Assembly (NCBI GenBank): GCA_021151615.1
Contig: JAGKXA010000002.1
Coordinates: 4,920-68,919 of the forward strand
Reading direction: 5' to 3'
DNA: 64,000 nt
DNA from: Cellvibrionaceae bacterium
GTDB taxonomy: Bacteria; Pseudomonadota; Gammaproteobacteria; Pseudomonadales; Cellvibrionaceae
The notes under the pieces were generated by a model that searched no databases, had not been told where the DNA came from, and saw nothing but the letters and a program-made list of their open reading frames with translations. Position 1 is the first letter of the stretch. Every line of letters begins with the position of its first letter. Below, in pieces: positions 10,072-20,739 of the stretch. A program made the position numbers and the translations under genes.

Positions 10072-11193
10072 ATGTTTTTCAATCTGTTTAAAAAATCTGA
10101 TAAGCCAGAAGCCGATAAGGTTGTTGAAACTACCCCGGAAGCAACGGGGGTAGATAAACCTGAGGTTTCCGAATCCTTCATCGACACCCAACTTGAGCCG
10201 GTGGAATCCATCACTGAAGTGGCTGGTGAAGCACCAGTGCACGCAGAGACTGCGCCAGCAAAACCGGGTTTCTTTGCACGTATCAAGCAGGGTTTGAGTC
10301 GCACCTCCAGCCATTTTGCCGAAGGCTTGGGCAACCTCTTCCTCGGTCGCAAGACCATCGATGAGGATTTGTTTGAAGAACTGGAAACCCAGCTGCTGCT
10401 GGCTGATGTGGGCATGGAGGCGACCAGCGAGATTATCGATAACCTCACCGCGCGCGTGGCCCGCAAGCAATTGAACGATGCCGATGCACTCTATAAAGCG
10501 CTACGCGAGCAACTGGCTGACCTGCTAAAACCGGTTGAGCAGCCATTGGTGGTGGATACGACCAAAGCGCCTTTTGTGATTCTGGTGGTAGGTGTGAATG
10601 GCGTGGGTAAAACCACCACTATCGGCAAGCTCGCCAAACGCCTGCAAAACGAAGGCAAGAAAGTCATGCTGGCAGCGGGGGATACTTTTCGCGCGGCGGC
10701 AGTCGAACAACTGCAAGTCTGGGGCGAGCGCAACAATGTGCCGGTCATTGCCCAACATACCGGCGCAGATTCCGCCTCGGTGATTTACGATGCACTCAAT
10801 GCCGCCAAAGCACGTGGTATTGATGTAGTAATTGCCGATACTGCTGGCCGCTTGCACAACAAGAACCACTTGATGGAGGAGTTGGCCAAGGTCAAACGCG
10901 TGATGGCCAAGTTGGATGTATCAGCGCCTCATGAAGTCCTGCTGGTGCTGGATGCTGGTACCGGCCAGAACGCAGTCAATCAGGCCGAGCAGTTCCGCGA
11001 CGCGGCGGGCGTCACCGGTTTGGTGCTGACCAAGCTGGATGGAACCGCCAAAGGTGGGGTGATTTTTGCGCTGAGTAAGAAATTCAGTTTGCCAGTGCGT
11101 TTTATCGGGGTGGGAGAATCTATTGAAGACCTGCAACCTTTTTCCGCTGAACCCTTTATCAAAGCCCTGTTTAATCAGGCCGACGCAAATTAA
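10072..11193 (+). CDS. ftsY: SRP receptor GTPase
   Basis: [33 protein letters not shown]; acidic N-terminus. Confidence 0.99.
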   Translation: MFFNLFKKSDKPEADKVVETTPEATGVDKPEVSESFIDTQLEPVESITEVAGEAPVHAETAPAKPGFFARIKQGLSRTSSHFAEGLGNLFLGRKTIDEDLFEELETQLLLADVGMEATSEIIDNLTARVARKQLNDADALYKALREQLADLLKPVEQPLVVDTTKAPFVILVVGVNGVGKTTTIGKLAKRLQNEGKKVMLAAGDTFRAAAVEQLQVWGERNNVPVIAQHTGADSASVIYDALNAAKARGIDVVIADTAGRLHNKNHLMEELAKVKRVMAKLDVSAPHEVLLVLDAGTGQNAVNQAEQFRDAAGVTGLVLTKLDGTAKGGVIFALSKKFSLPVRFIGVGESIEDLQPFSAEPFIKALFNQADAN

Positions 11194-11208
11194 CACACAG
11201 GACTGGTT

Positions 11209-11877
11209 GTGATTCGATTCGAAACAGTAAGCAAGCGCTACGATACTGGCTATGAAGCCCTGGCGCGCGTGGATTTTGAGGTAGAGGCCGGCGAGATGCT
11301 GTTTCTGACCGGCCACTCGGGAGCAGGCAAGAGCACCCTGATGAAGATGATCCTGCTGATGGAACATCCCTCCCATGGCAATGTATTTGTTGATGGCCAT
11401 CACCTGGCGCGCATGTCCAAAAGCCAGTTACCCTATTTTCGGCGCAATATCGGTGTGGTTTTCCAGAACCACCAGCTGCTATTCGATCGCACCGTTTACG
11501 ATAATGTTGCTTTGCCCCTGCAGGTGGCCGGTTATCCACACCAGGAAATTGGCAAGCGAGTGCGTGCTGCGTTGGACAAAGTGGATTTGCTCGATAAAGA
11601 GCGCAGCAACCCGATTATGTTGTCTGGCGGTGAGCAGCAGCGCGTAGGCATAGCGCGCGCGGTAGTCAACAAGCCTACTTTACTGTTGGCGGATGAGCCG
11701 ACCGGTAATCTGGATCCAGAATTATCCAACGAAATCATGACCTTATTTCGCCAGTTCAACGAAGTGGGAACCACGGTAATGATTGCCACCCACGATGTTG
11801 AGTTGCTCAAGCGAATGAATAAACGTGTGCTCGGGCTGGTTCAGGGCAAGCTGGTACATGACGGGGTGCTCTGGTGA
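11209..11877 (+). CDS. ftsE: Cell division ABC ATPase
   Basis: GHSGAGKST, LSGGEQQRV, ADEPTGNLD; in ftsYEX order. Confidence 0.98.
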   Translation: MIRFETVSKRYDTGYEALARVDFEVEAGEMLFLTGHSGAGKSTLMKMILLMEHPSHGNVFVDGHHLARMSKSQLPYFRRNIGVVFQNHQLLFDRTVYDNVALPLQVAGYPHQEIGKRVRAALDKVDLLDKERSNPIMLSGGEQQRVGIARAVVNKPTLLLADEPTGNLDPELSNEIMTLFRQFNEVGTTVMIATHDVELLKRMNKRVLGLVQGKLVHDGVLW

Positions 11878-12947
11878 AACCACAAAGACCCAAACCCGAA
11901 CGCCGCCCGAACCGTATGGGCGCTACTGCAAATCGCAGCGAGCGCGCGGTGCGTGAGCCGGTGCGCCCTGAACCGCGTGTAACAGCCCGTTCGCAAGGTG
12001 CGGTGCAAAGTAAAACCTCCTGGCGTGACAAGCTGGATGCCTGGAGTGCCCATCACAGCAATTCTGCTATCGATAGCTTGCTGCGCCTGCTGGAAACACC
12101 GCTGCAAAGCCTGATGACCTGGTTGGTGATTGCTATAGCTGTAGCCTTGCCAGCAGCATTGTTTGTGGTGTTTGGCAATGTGCAGCAAATCGGCCAGACC
12201 TGGCAGGATTCCAGTCAGATTTCAGTCTTCCTTAAAAAAGACGCCAATCCCAATCAGGCGCAGGATCTGCGTGGCCGCTGGGCACAGCGACCAGATGTTG
12301 CCCTGGCCACTTATGTTTCGCCAGAGCAGGCTCTGGACGAGTTCAAACGCGGCTCAGGGTTAGGTGAATTGGCTAATCATCTGGATGAAAACCCTCTACC
12401 AGCAGTTATCCTGATCAAACCCAAAATTGGCGGCAGCGCGCCCGATGTACTCAACTCGCTCCAGCAGGCGCTGATTGCCGATCCCTTGGTGGCTGATGTG
12501 CGCCTGGATATGCTTTGGGTCAAACGCTTGCACCAGTTCATCACCATTGCCGAGCGCTTTGTGGTTGCACTGGCAGGACTGCTGGCCCTGGGCGTGTTGC
12601 TGGTCATCGGAAATACCATCCGCATGGCGATTGAAAATCGCCGCGACGAAATTCTGGTGGTCAAACTGGTAGGGGCTACTGATGCTTATGTTCGGCGCCC
12701 CTTCCTTTACACCGGCCTATGGTACGGCATGGGTGGGGGGGTTCTGGCCGCAATTCTATTGGCACTAGGTTTTTGGTGGCTGTCGGCACCAATTGCCCAA
12801 CTGGCTGATCTGTATCAAAGCAGTTTTCGTTTACAGGGTTTAGATTTTATTGAGAGCCTGCAATTAATCCTGATTGCTGGCGTTACCGGGTTGTTGGGGG
12901 CGTGGATCGCTGTGGCGCGGCATCTTTATTTGATTCAGCCTCGTTAA
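11874..12947 (+). CDS. ftsX: Cell division permease
   Basis: ENPLP, IGNTIR, LVGATDAYVRRPFLY; GTGA overlap with ftsE. Confidence 0.97.
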   Translation: MKPQRPKPERRPNRMGATANRSERAVREPVRPEPRVTARSQGAVQSKTSWRDKLDAWSAHHSNSAIDSLLRLLETPLQSLMTWLVIAIAVALPAALFVVFGNVQQIGQTWQDSSQISVFLKKDANPNQAQDLRGRWAQRPDVALATYVSPEQALDEFKRGSGLGELANHLDENPLPAVILIKPKIGGSAPDVLNSLQQALIADPLVADVRLDMLWVKRLHQFITIAERFVVALAGLLALGVLLVIGNTIRMAIENRRDEILVVKLVGATDAYVRRPFLYTGLWYGMGGGVLAAILLALGFWWLSAPIAQLADLYQSSFRLQGLDFIESLQLILIAGVTGLLGAWIAVARHLYLIQPR

Positions 12948-12996
12948 ATAGGAAGTTATCTCCGAGCTGTGAATAGGTGCAAAATCAGCGTCAAGT

Positions 12997-13023
12997 GAAC
13001 TTTTTCGGTGCTAGCGGAACCAA
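12997..13023 (+). promoter_or_regulatory. Putative sigmaE/AlgU promoter of rpoH
   Basis: GAACTT-N16-ACCAA upstream of rpoH; rpoH has a sigmaE promoter in E. coli and Pseudomonas; the -10 is imperfect. Confidence 0.6.
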
Positions 13024-13067
13024 TAAGCAGCTGTTACACTCGGGCCATATTGATACTGGAGGTTAAA

Positions 13068-13928
13068 ATGAGCACAAGCACAAGTCTGCAGCCTATTGGC
13101 ACCCTTGCCCCTGGTGCAAACCTGAATGCCTATGTTCAAGCGGTCAGCAGTTTTGCGATTCTCTCAGTTGAAGAGGAGCAAGCTCTGGCGCGCGATCTGC
13201 ACCACAATGGCAACCTCGATGCCGCACGCAAGCTCGTGATGGCGCATCTGCGTTTTGTGGTCCATATCGCCCGCTCCTACAACGGCTATGGTTTACCACT
13301 CGGCGATCTGGTTCAGGAAGGCAACGTAGGCCTGATGAAAGCGGTAAAACGTTTTGATCCGGACAAAGGTGTCCGCTTGGTGTCTTTCGCGGTGCATTGG
13401 ATCAAAGCAGAGATTCACGAATTCATCCTGCGCAACTGGCGCATAGTTAAAATCGCTACCACCAAGGCCCAGCGCAAATTGTTCTTCAATCTGCGCGGCG
13501 CTAAAAAGCGTTTGGCTTGGTTGAGCAACGATGAGGCTCATGCGGTAGCCCAGGATTTGGGCGTGGATGTTAAGCAAGTGCGTGAAATGGAAGGTCGTCT
13601 AGCGTCTTACGATGCTGGCTTCGATGCTGGTGAAGATGACGAAGACGATAACTATGTAGCACCTGCTCATTATCTGGAAGACAATCGTTATGACCCGGCA
13701 GTGCGTCTGGAGGAGTCCAACTGGGAAGAGTCCAACGTCAATGGTTTGGAAAAAGCCCTGGAAAAACTTGATGATCGCAGTCGCGTTATCCTGCAACGTC
13801 GCTGGTTAAACGATGATAAATCTACCTTGCATGACTTGGCCGCTGAATATGGTGTCTCTGCAGAGCGTATTCGCCAGTTGGAAAAAAATGCCATGAACAA
13901 GGTTAAAACCATGATGCTGGAAGCCTGA
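13068..13928 (+). CDS. rpoH: Heat-shock sigma factor sigma32
   Basis: RpoH box [31 protein letters not shown]. Confidence 0.99.
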   Translation: MSTSTSLQPIGTLAPGANLNAYVQAVSSFAILSVEEEQALARDLHHNGNLDAARKLVMAHLRFVVHIARSYNGYGLPLGDLVQEGNVGLMKAVKRFDPDKGVRLVSFAVHWIKAEIHEFILRNWRIVKIATTKAQRKLFFNLRGAKKRLAWLSNDEAHAVAQDLGVDVKQVREMEGRLASYDAGFDAGEDDEDDNYVAPAHYLEDNRYDPAVRLEESNWEESNVNGLEKALEKLDDRSRVILQRRWLNDDKSTLHDLAAEYGVSAERIRQLEKNAMNKVKTMMLEA

Positions 13929-13948
13929 TAAGCTTTTGGTGTTGTGAG

Positions 13949-13975
13949 AAAGCCGCGCCTAGCGCGGCTTTTTTT
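13949..13975 (+). terminator. Rho-independent terminator
   Basis: AAAGCCGCGC-cta-GCGCGGCTTTTTTT. Confidence 0.9.
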
Positions 13976-14009
13976 ATTGTCCTGATAATTTCAGAATGAG
14001 GAATGATTT

Positions 14010-14393
14010 GTGGCGCGTCTTTTTGTCCTGATCGCCGCCGTTAGCGGCTTTTTGTCGGTAGTTATAGGTGCGTTCGCCGCCCATGGGCTGAAAAAAGTGC
14101 TTGCGCCGGAAATGATCGAGGTGGTGAAAACCGGGGTGCAGTATCAGATGTACCATGCATTGGCACTGTTACTGGTAGCCATGCTCTTAATCTATAAACC
14201 TGCGACTCCGGGGTTAAAAGCTGGCGGTTGGGCCTTTATACTGGGCAGCCTGATGTTTAGTGGCAGTCTTTATGCCCTGGCGCTGGGTGCGCCACGCTGG
14301 CTGGGGCCAATTACACCGTTCGGCGGGCTGTGTTTTCTTGTGGGTTGGTTTTTGCTGGCTGTGACAGCTTGGCGCCTTAAATCTGAATCCTGA
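14010..14393 (+). CDS. DUF423/YgdD-family membrane protein
   Basis: [27 protein letters not shown]. Confidence 0.93.
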   Translation: MARLFVLIAAVSGFLSVVIGAFAAHGLKKVLAPEMIEVVKTGVQYQMYHALALLLVAMLLIYKPATPGLKAGGWAFILGSLMFSGSLYALALGAPRWLGPITPFGGLCFLVGWFLLAVTAWRLKSES

Positions 14394-14424
14394 TATTTCT
14401 TTCTCTAATCGTTTGAATTTCTTT

Positions 14425-15171
14425 ATGTCTGAGCTTCCTGAATTAACTCCCGACCTTGAGGACGGTGAGGAAGGCTTTTTGATCAAGCCTGAGTTTAAGC
14501 CAAAATCCATTCGCAGCTTTGTGATTCGCGCCGGGCGTATCACCGTTGGGCAAAAAAATGCCTTTGATAAATACTGGCCGTCCATGGGGCTGAGTCTGTT
14601 TACCGGGGCGATTAATCCTGTTGAGGTCTTTGGCCGGGAGGCGCCGCTGGTGCTGGAAATCGGCTTTGGTATGGGTGATTCACTGCTGCAAATGGCAGAA
14701 AATGAACCGGAAAAAAACTTTATTGGTATCGAGGTGCATCCACCCGGTGTTGGCCGATTAATTAGTACTGCCAGTCAGCAAGGGTTAAGCAATCTGCGGG
14801 TATATATGGCGGATGCGATGGATGTACTGGAAGATTGCATTCCCGATGGCAGTATTGATCGGTTGCAGTTGTACTTTCCCGATCCATGGCATAAAAAAAA
14901 GCACCATAAGCGCCGGATTGTCCAGCCTGCCTTTATCCAGAAGTTGTGCCCTAAATTAAAAGTGGGTGGTGTTCTGCATATGGCAACGGACTGGCAACCT
15001 TATGCCGAACATATGCTGGAAGTAATGAATAGCGCGACAGGTTTTGCGACAGACTTCACGGAAACCGGATTCGCTCCTAGGCCAGGTTATCGTCCGATCA
15101 CTAAATTTGAAAAACGCGGTGAGCGCCTCGGTCATGGGGTTTGGGATTTGTTGTTCAAAAAAACGGCGTAA
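14425..15171 (+). CDS. trmB: tRNA (guanine-N7)-methyltransferase
   Basis: [38 protein letters not shown]. Confidence 0.98.
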   Translation: MSELPELTPDLEDGEEGFLIKPEFKPKSIRSFVIRAGRITVGQKNAFDKYWPSMGLSLFTGAINPVEVFGREAPLVLEIGFGMGDSLLQMAENEPEKNFIGIEVHPPGVGRLISTASQQGLSNLRVYMADAMDVLEDCIPDGSIDRLQLYFPDPWHKKKHHKRRIVQPAFIQKLCPKLKVGGVLHMATDWQPYAEHMLEVMNSATGFATDFTETGFAPRPGYRPITKFEKRGERLGHGVWDLLFKKTA

Positions 15172-15360
15172 ATTGGCATATAGCGCTTTAATTTGCTAAG
15201 GTAAGCACCTGAAAATAATCATGAAATGGAATTCAGCAGGTGTAAGTTTAGAGACCGGTAACGGTTATATTTTTTTCGCAATCTCGGGTTCTTGATTTGC
15301 AAAGATAACCAGATTGTCTTTTTTGGAACCTCGCTATTTTCAACGGAGAACGAAATGGCC

Positions 15361-16386
15361 ATGAAAAACACACACATTTTAGCTTTGTCCGCCGCTATTG
15401 CTGCTATTTCTGCTGGTGCGAGCGCCGATAACCATAAATTCGAAGTTCGCGCCGATGTTGGCCGTACCTTCTTTGACGATCCGCTGGAAGATGCCAACAC
15501 CTTTGGTTTGGGTTTTGGTTATGTGCTGGACGAAAACTGGACCCTGGAAGCAGTTGCCAGTCAGTACAGCACTGAAACCCAGGACGACAATGTTGATGTA
15601 GACGGTACTCAATACCGTTTGGATGCACTCTATAACATCAACACCGAAAGCCTGTGGCGTCCATATGTTGCTTTTGGTGTCGGCGATCAGAAGCGTGAAG
15701 TAGATTCTGAGGATTGGTCAGAGCGTGATACCCTGGTAAATCTGGGTGCTGGTGTTAAGCGCAACCTGGGTGGTAACTGGGAATTCCGCACTGACGTGCG
15801 CGCGTTCAACAGCCTGGACAATGAATACACTGATCTGGCGTTGAATGCCGGTATCAGCTATCTGTTTGGCGGTTCTCCTGCACCAGTAAAAACAGCGCCA
15901 GCGCCAGAACCAGAGAAAGATTCTGACGGTGACGGTGTATTGGATTCTAAAGACCAATGTCCAGATACTCCAAAAACCCACAAGGTTGATGCGGTTGGCT
16001 GTTCATTGAAGTTGACCGAAACTGTGGCGATCGAACTGAACATTACCTTTGATACCGCCAAGTCGATCATCAAGCCTGAGTTTGAAGGCGAAGTATCCAA
16101 GCTGGCGACTTTCATGAACCAATACGCCGACACCGTTGTAAGCGTTGAGGGTCACACTGACAGCCAAGGTTCTGATGCCTATAACCAAAAACTGTCACAA
16201 AGCCGTGCTGATGCGGTTAAAGCGGCGTTGATTACCAAATACGGTATCGGTGCTGACCGCGTGAAAGCGATTGGTTACGGCGAAGCCAAACCAGTTGCCG
16301 ATAACACTACTGCCACTGGTCGTGAGCAAAATCGCCGCGTAGTAGGTCAGGTATCTACCGCTGTGACCAAGACTGAAACCAAGTAG
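15361..16386 (+). CDS. OmpA/OprF-family outer membrane protein
   Basis: Signal peptide, beta-barrel, Pro-rich hinge, DSDGDGV.D..DQCPDTP motif, C-terminal EGHTDS...NQKLSQSRA...NRRV peptidoglycan-binding domain; alternative ATG at 15355. Confidence 0.95.
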   Translation: MKNTHILALSAAIAAISAGASADNHKFEVRADVGRTFFDDPLEDANTFGLGFGYVLDENWTLEAVASQYSTETQDDNVDVDGTQYRLDALYNINTESLWRPYVAFGVGDQKREVDSEDWSERDTLVNLGAGVKRNLGGNWEFRTDVRAFNSLDNEYTDLALNAGISYLFGGSPAPVKTAPAPEPEKDSDGDGVLDSKDQCPDTPKTHKVDAVGCSLKLTETVAIELNITFDTAKSIIKPEFEGEVSKLATFMNQYADTVVSVEGHTDSQGSDAYNQKLSQSRADAVKAALITKYGIGADRVKAIGYGEAKPVADNTTATGREQNRRVVGQVSTAVTKTETK

Positions 16387-16410
16387 TTTTTGGGATTCAA
16401 CCGTCTGAAG

Positions 16411-16437
16411 AACCCGGCCTAAGCGCCGGGTTTTTTA
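16411..16437 (+). terminator. Terminator of the ompA-family gene overlapping the 3' end of the convergent gene
   Basis: AACCCGGC-ctaagc-GCCGGGTTTTTT. Confidence 0.85.
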
Positions 16438-17315
16438 TTGGCCTTATATTCGCGAATCATCCCAGCGTAACCAGCGCGAAAGTCGCCATAGCGTAGCTTG
16501 TAACCGCTGGCGAGCATTAGTTGGTTGTTCAATTGTTTATTGCCGCGCTCATTAACAGCATCATCTGAGAGGAATTTTTCGATACCCAGCTGAGCTGCAA
16601 TCCAGCTAACAACCTCGATCATGGGGGTTGGTGCAGAATCAGTGGCGATATAAACGGGCGCCAAGGGTGTTTGCTGGTTGAGTAGGTGAGCGAGAAAAGC
16701 GGCACAATCATCGGCATGGATGCGGTTGGTGTAATGGGTGCTGGCGGATGCGCGCGCCTGTTTGACCTGCTCGATCAGACGATGTCGACCGGGGCCATAA
16801 ATGCCACTGAAGCGAACTATGGTGCGATTGAACCGGCTGCTGAGGATAACCCGCTCAGCTTCAAGCAGGCGCTGGCCGGAAAAGCTGGCTGGCTCGGTAG
16901 CAGAGTTCTCATCGACCCAACTGCCATCATCCTGCGCATAGACAGCGGTGCTGGAGACAAAAATAATCAGGCGTGGCGTTAGTTGGAGCTCCTCGAGTGC
17001 CTGAATCAGGTGTTCGCAGGTGCGAACATAGGCTTGCTCATAACCGGTATCGCTGCGCTCGGACGGGGTCATGGTGATTACTATACTGTCGAAATTCTCT
17101 GCCAGTACCTGTTTTAGCGCTTTGACATCACCCACATCGCAGCTTATGTAGTTCAAATAGGGTAGATCTGGTGGGCAATGGCGGCGAACTCCATTAATTT
17201 GGTAGTTGGATCGATCCAGTTGACTGGCCAACCTTCGACCTATATCGCCACAGCCAATAATGAGCAATTTCCTGAATGTGTTTGATTTTTGTGGAGCAGA
17301 CAGCTTATTAGTCAT
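16419..17315 (-). CDS. NAD-dependent epimerase/dehydratase (atypical SDR)
   Basis: GCGDIG Rossmann motif, SSTAVY, GIYGPGR, NRIHADD. Confidence 0.9.
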   Translation of the reverse strand: MTNKLSAPQKSNTFRKLLIIGCGDIGRRLASQLDRSNYQINGVRRHCPPDLPYLNYISCDVGDVKALKQVLAENFDSIVITMTPSERSDTGYEQAYVRTCEHLIQALEELQLTPRLIIFVSSTAVYAQDDGSWVDENSATEPASFSGQRLLEAERVILSSRFNRTIVRFSGIYGPGRHRLIEQVKQARASASTHYTNRIHADDCAAFLAHLLNQQTPLAPVYIATDSAPTPMIEVVSWIAAQLGIEKFLSDDAVNERGNKQLNNQLMLASGYKLRYGDFRAGYAGMIREYKANKKPGA

Positions 17316-17405
17316 TTGATAAAAGTCTTTTATCTGATAGTTTTAGGCTATTCTAAAAGGCCCAGCCGGAAATTAAAAAGATCCTAAGTATACGGGAGCC
17401 ACACC

Positions 17406-18314
17406 ATGACCCTCACTGAACTCCGCTACATAGTTACCCTTGCCCAGGAGCAGCATTTTGGCCGTGCGGCTGACCGCTGCTATGTGAGCCAGCCAACCTT
17501 GAGTATTGCCGTCAAAAAGTTGGAAGATGAATTGGGAGTAGCGTTGTTTGAACGCACCAAATCCCGTGTCCAGCCAACGCCATTGGGCGAGCAGATTGTG
17601 GCTCAGGCCAATCTGGTGCTGGAGCAAACTGCAGCGATTAAAGACTTGGCTGATGCTGGCAAAGACCAACTCAGCAGCCCTTTATCGGTGGGGGCGATTT
17701 TCACCATTGGCCCTTATTTGCTGCCGAAGTTTATCCCTCATTTGCAGCAAAAGGCGAGCAAAATGCCGCTCTATGTCGAAGAGGGTTATACCCACAATCT
17801 ACGCAAGAAGCTGCGCAACGGCGAGCTGGATGTGATCATTATTGCTCTTCCGTTTGAAGAACCGGATGTGGTCACCCAAGTGCTTTACGAAGAGCCTTTT
17901 GTGGTATTGATGCCCAAGGATCACCCGCTGGCAGCCAAAAGTGCTGTTAATCCTAATGATCTGAACAGCGAACAATTGCTCTTGTTGGGGGAGGGGCATT
18001 GCTTCCGCGATCAGGTATTAACAACTTGTCCGAACTTGCAGCATCACGGCGAGCAATCCGCTAACAATGTGCGTACAGCAGCGGAAGGTAGCTCGTTGGA
18101 AACCTTACGCCATATGGTGGCTTCCGGTTTGGGGTTGACCATCCTGCCAGTATCAGCTGCAGATAGCTCGCTTTACAGTGCCGATGTGTTGGTCACTCGA
18201 CCCTTTACCGAGCCCTCACCCAGCCGCACAGTGGCTTTGGCCTGGCGCGCGAGCTTCCCGCGTCATAAGGCGATAGACGCCTTGCGCGAGGCGATTAAAT
18301 CCACCCGACACTAA
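17406..18314 (+). CDS. oxyR: Peroxide-sensing LysR regulator
   Basis: LysR HTH, redox cysteines in GHCFRDQVLTTC, SSLETLRHMVASG; upstream of recG. Confidence 0.96.
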   Translation: MTLTELRYIVTLAQEQHFGRAADRCYVSQPTLSIAVKKLEDELGVALFERTKSRVQPTPLGEQIVAQANLVLEQTAAIKDLADAGKDQLSSPLSVGAIFTIGPYLLPKFIPHLQQKASKMPLYVEEGYTHNLRKKLRNGELDVIIIALPFEEPDVVTQVLYEEPFVVLMPKDHPLAAKSAVNPNDLNSEQLLLLGEGHCFRDQVLTTCPNLQHHGEQSANNVRTAAEGSSLETLRHMVASGLGLTILPVSAADSSLYSADVLVTRPFTEPSPSRTVALAWRASFPRHKAIDALREAIKSTRH

Positions 18315-18335
18315 CTCTTGCCGTCCAACTGCGCT

Positions 18336-20456
18336 ATGAATGCTGGTATCGCCAGTGGCAAAACCCTGGAGCAAATTCCCGTTACGGAAATTAAGGGAGT
18401 TGGGGCCAGTTTGGCGGTAAAATTAGCGAAAATTGGTCTTTTTAGCCTGCAAGATGTACTTTTGCACTTGCCCATGCGCTATCTGGATCGCACCCGCGTC
18501 ACCCCTATAGGTGCGCTTCAGCCTAACCTTAATGCGGTTATCGAAGCCGAAGTGCGCGCTTGTGACATAGTGTTTGGCAAGCGTCGCAGCCTGGTGTGCA
18601 AAGTACAGGATGGTACCGGCACCATTACCCTGCGTTTTTATCACTTCAACAATGCGCAAAAGCAGCGTTTAATTTCCGGTACCCGTCTACGTATTTTTGG
18701 TGAAATTCGCCGCGGCGCCTCGGGGCTGGAGATGTACCACCCGGAATATGAGTATCTCGATGAAGCAGCACCCATGCCGTTGGATCAGTCCCTCACCCCT
18801 ATTTACCCGACGACCGAAGGTTTGACCCAGCCGCGCTTGCGCAGCCTGGCGAGCCAGGCACTGACCTGGCTGGATAAGCACTCGCTCGGTGAACTCTTGC
18901 CCGAGTCAGTTCGCCGCCAGCTCAACCAGACTTCATTGGCCGATGCGTTGCGCTTTCTCCACCAGCCGCCCGCAACGGCTAATGTGCAGTTATTGCTGGA
19001 TGGTGAGCATCCCTATCAGCAGCGACTGGCTTTCGAGGAATTATTGGCTCATCACCTGAGCCTGTTGCTGTTGCGCCGTGAAACTCAGGCCGATGGTGCA
19101 GAGGGCCTGCGTATGAGTCCTACGCTGAAAAAGCATTTCCTGGAACAATTGGGTTTTGGTTTGACCCGTGCCCAGGAACGTGTTGTTGGCGAGATAGTGG
19201 CGGATATCGCCAAGCCGGTTCCTATGTTGCGCCTGGTGCAGGGCGACGTTGGCTCTGGCAAAACCGTGGTGGCGGCATTGGCGGCATTGGCGGCGGTATC
19301 CAGTGGCAAACAGGCAGCGATAATGGCGCCGACCGAAATTCTGGCGGAGCAGCACCGGATCAATTTTGGCAAATGGCTGGAACCTCTGGGGATCAAACTG
19401 GGCTGGCTGACCGGCAAGCTCAAGGTTGCTGAGCGGCGCACACAGATGGCGGCAATTGCCAGCGGTGAGGCGCAAATCGTAGTGGGTACCCATGCCTTGT
19501 TTCAAGAGGCAGTGGAGTTTGCCGATCTGGGTTTGATTGTAATTGATGAGCAACACAGGTTTGGTGTGCATCAGCGGCTATCTCTATCTGAAAAAGGCAC
19601 ATTTGGAAGGGAAAATCAGCCATCTGCGCATTTGCGTCCCCATCAGTTGATTATGACCGCTACCCCTATCCCTCGAACCCTGGCGATGAGCGCCTACGCC
19701 GATCTGGATTGCTCGATAATTGATGAGCTGCCACCCGGGCGCACTCCGGTCACTACGGTAGTCATTAGCGACCAGCGCCGTGAAGAGGTAATCGAGCGGG
19801 TCAGGCTGGCTTGCGAACAGGGGCGCCAGGCTTACTGGGTTTGCACCCTGATCGAGGAATCGGAAGCGTTGGAAGCTCAGGCTGCTGAGGCGACAGCAAG
19901 TAACTTGGTTGAATCTCTACCCCATTTGCGGGTAGGTCTAATCCATGGCCGGTTGAAACCGGGTCAAAAAGAACAGGTAATGGCTGCCTTTAAGGCCAAC
20001 GAACTGGATTTGCTGGTGGCGACCACGGTGATTGAAGTAGGCGTAGATGTGCCTAATGCCAGCCTGATGATTATTGAAAACCCCGAACGTCTGGGGCTGG
20101 CGCAGCTGCACCAACTGCGTGGTCGTATAGGGCGCGGTTCAGCGGCAAGTCACTGTGTGCTGTTGTACGGCTCGCCTTTGTCTCAAAACAGTCGCGAGCG
20201 TTTGCGGGTGATGCGGGAGAGCAGCGATGGGTTTTACATCGCCGAACAGGATTTGTTGTTGCGCGGCCCCGGTGAAGTATTGGGAACACGTCAAACCGGC
20301 GAGATGCAATTTCGCATTGCCGACCTACAACGCGATAGCCATTTGTTGCCGCAGGTTAAGGATGCGGCACTGTTATTGATGAGTGAATACCCGGCACTAT
20401 GTAATCAACTGGTTGTGCGTTGGTTGGGCCAGAATCATCGTTATTTGCAGGTTTAA
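18336..20456 (+). CDS. recG: ATP-dependent DNA helicase RecG
   Basis: QGDVGSGKT, DEQHRFG, MTATPIPRTL, QLRGRIGRG. Confidence 0.99.
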   Translation: MNAGIASGKTLEQIPVTEIKGVGASLAVKLAKIGLFSLQDVLLHLPMRYLDRTRVTPIGALQPNLNAVIEAEVRACDIVFGKRRSLVCKVQDGTGTITLRFYHFNNAQKQRLISGTRLRIFGEIRRGASGLEMYHPEYEYLDEAAPMPLDQSLTPIYPTTEGLTQPRLRSLASQALTWLDKHSLGELLPESVRRQLNQTSLADALRFLHQPPATANVQLLLDGEHPYQQRLAFEELLAHHLSLLLLRRETQADGAEGLRMSPTLKKHFLEQLGFGLTRAQERVVGEIVADIAKPVPMLRLVQGDVGSGKTVVAALAALAAVSSGKQAAIMAPTEILAEQHRINFGKWLEPLGIKLGWLTGKLKVAERRTQMAAIASGEAQIVVGTHALFQEAVEFADLGLIVIDEQHRFGVHQRLSLSEKGTFGRENQPSAHLRPHQLIMTATPIPRTLAMSAYADLDCSIIDELPPGRTPVTTVVISDQRREEVIERVRLACEQGRQAYWVCTLIEESEALEAQAAEATASNLVESLPHLRVGLIHGRLKPGQKEQVMAAFKANELDLLVATTVIEVGVDVPNASLMIIENPERLGLAQLHQLRGRIGRGSAASHCVLLYGSPLSQNSRERLRVMRESSDGFYIAEQDLLLRGPGEVLGTRQTGEMQFRIADLQRDSHLLPQVKDAALLLMSEYPALCNQLVVRWLGQNHRYLQV

Positions 20457-20739
20457 TAGTCTTTTTAATAGCTCGCTGGCATCTATTTCATTGGCTGTAT
20501 GAGAACTGATCCATTTTTTGGCATAGATAATTGCTTTGTCGTCCTAAATGGCCAGTGCAGCTACAAATCTCGACTATGCTTGGAAGGATTGGTTAGTGGA
20601 TAAAGCGAAAGCTGGGTATTTGTGCTGTGCAGCTATATGAGAATTGCTCCTATTGCATTACACTCGCTGGTAACAAGTGCTGAATAATCTCCTAACCCTA
20701 TGAATATTAACCAGTTATTTCCAATGAGAGGAGTAGGCT

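Noticed and set aside
20519..20537. Sigma54-like TGGCAT...TTGC upstream of the YbaK-HDOD gene
   Set aside because: GG-to-GC spacing is 11 nt rather than the required 10
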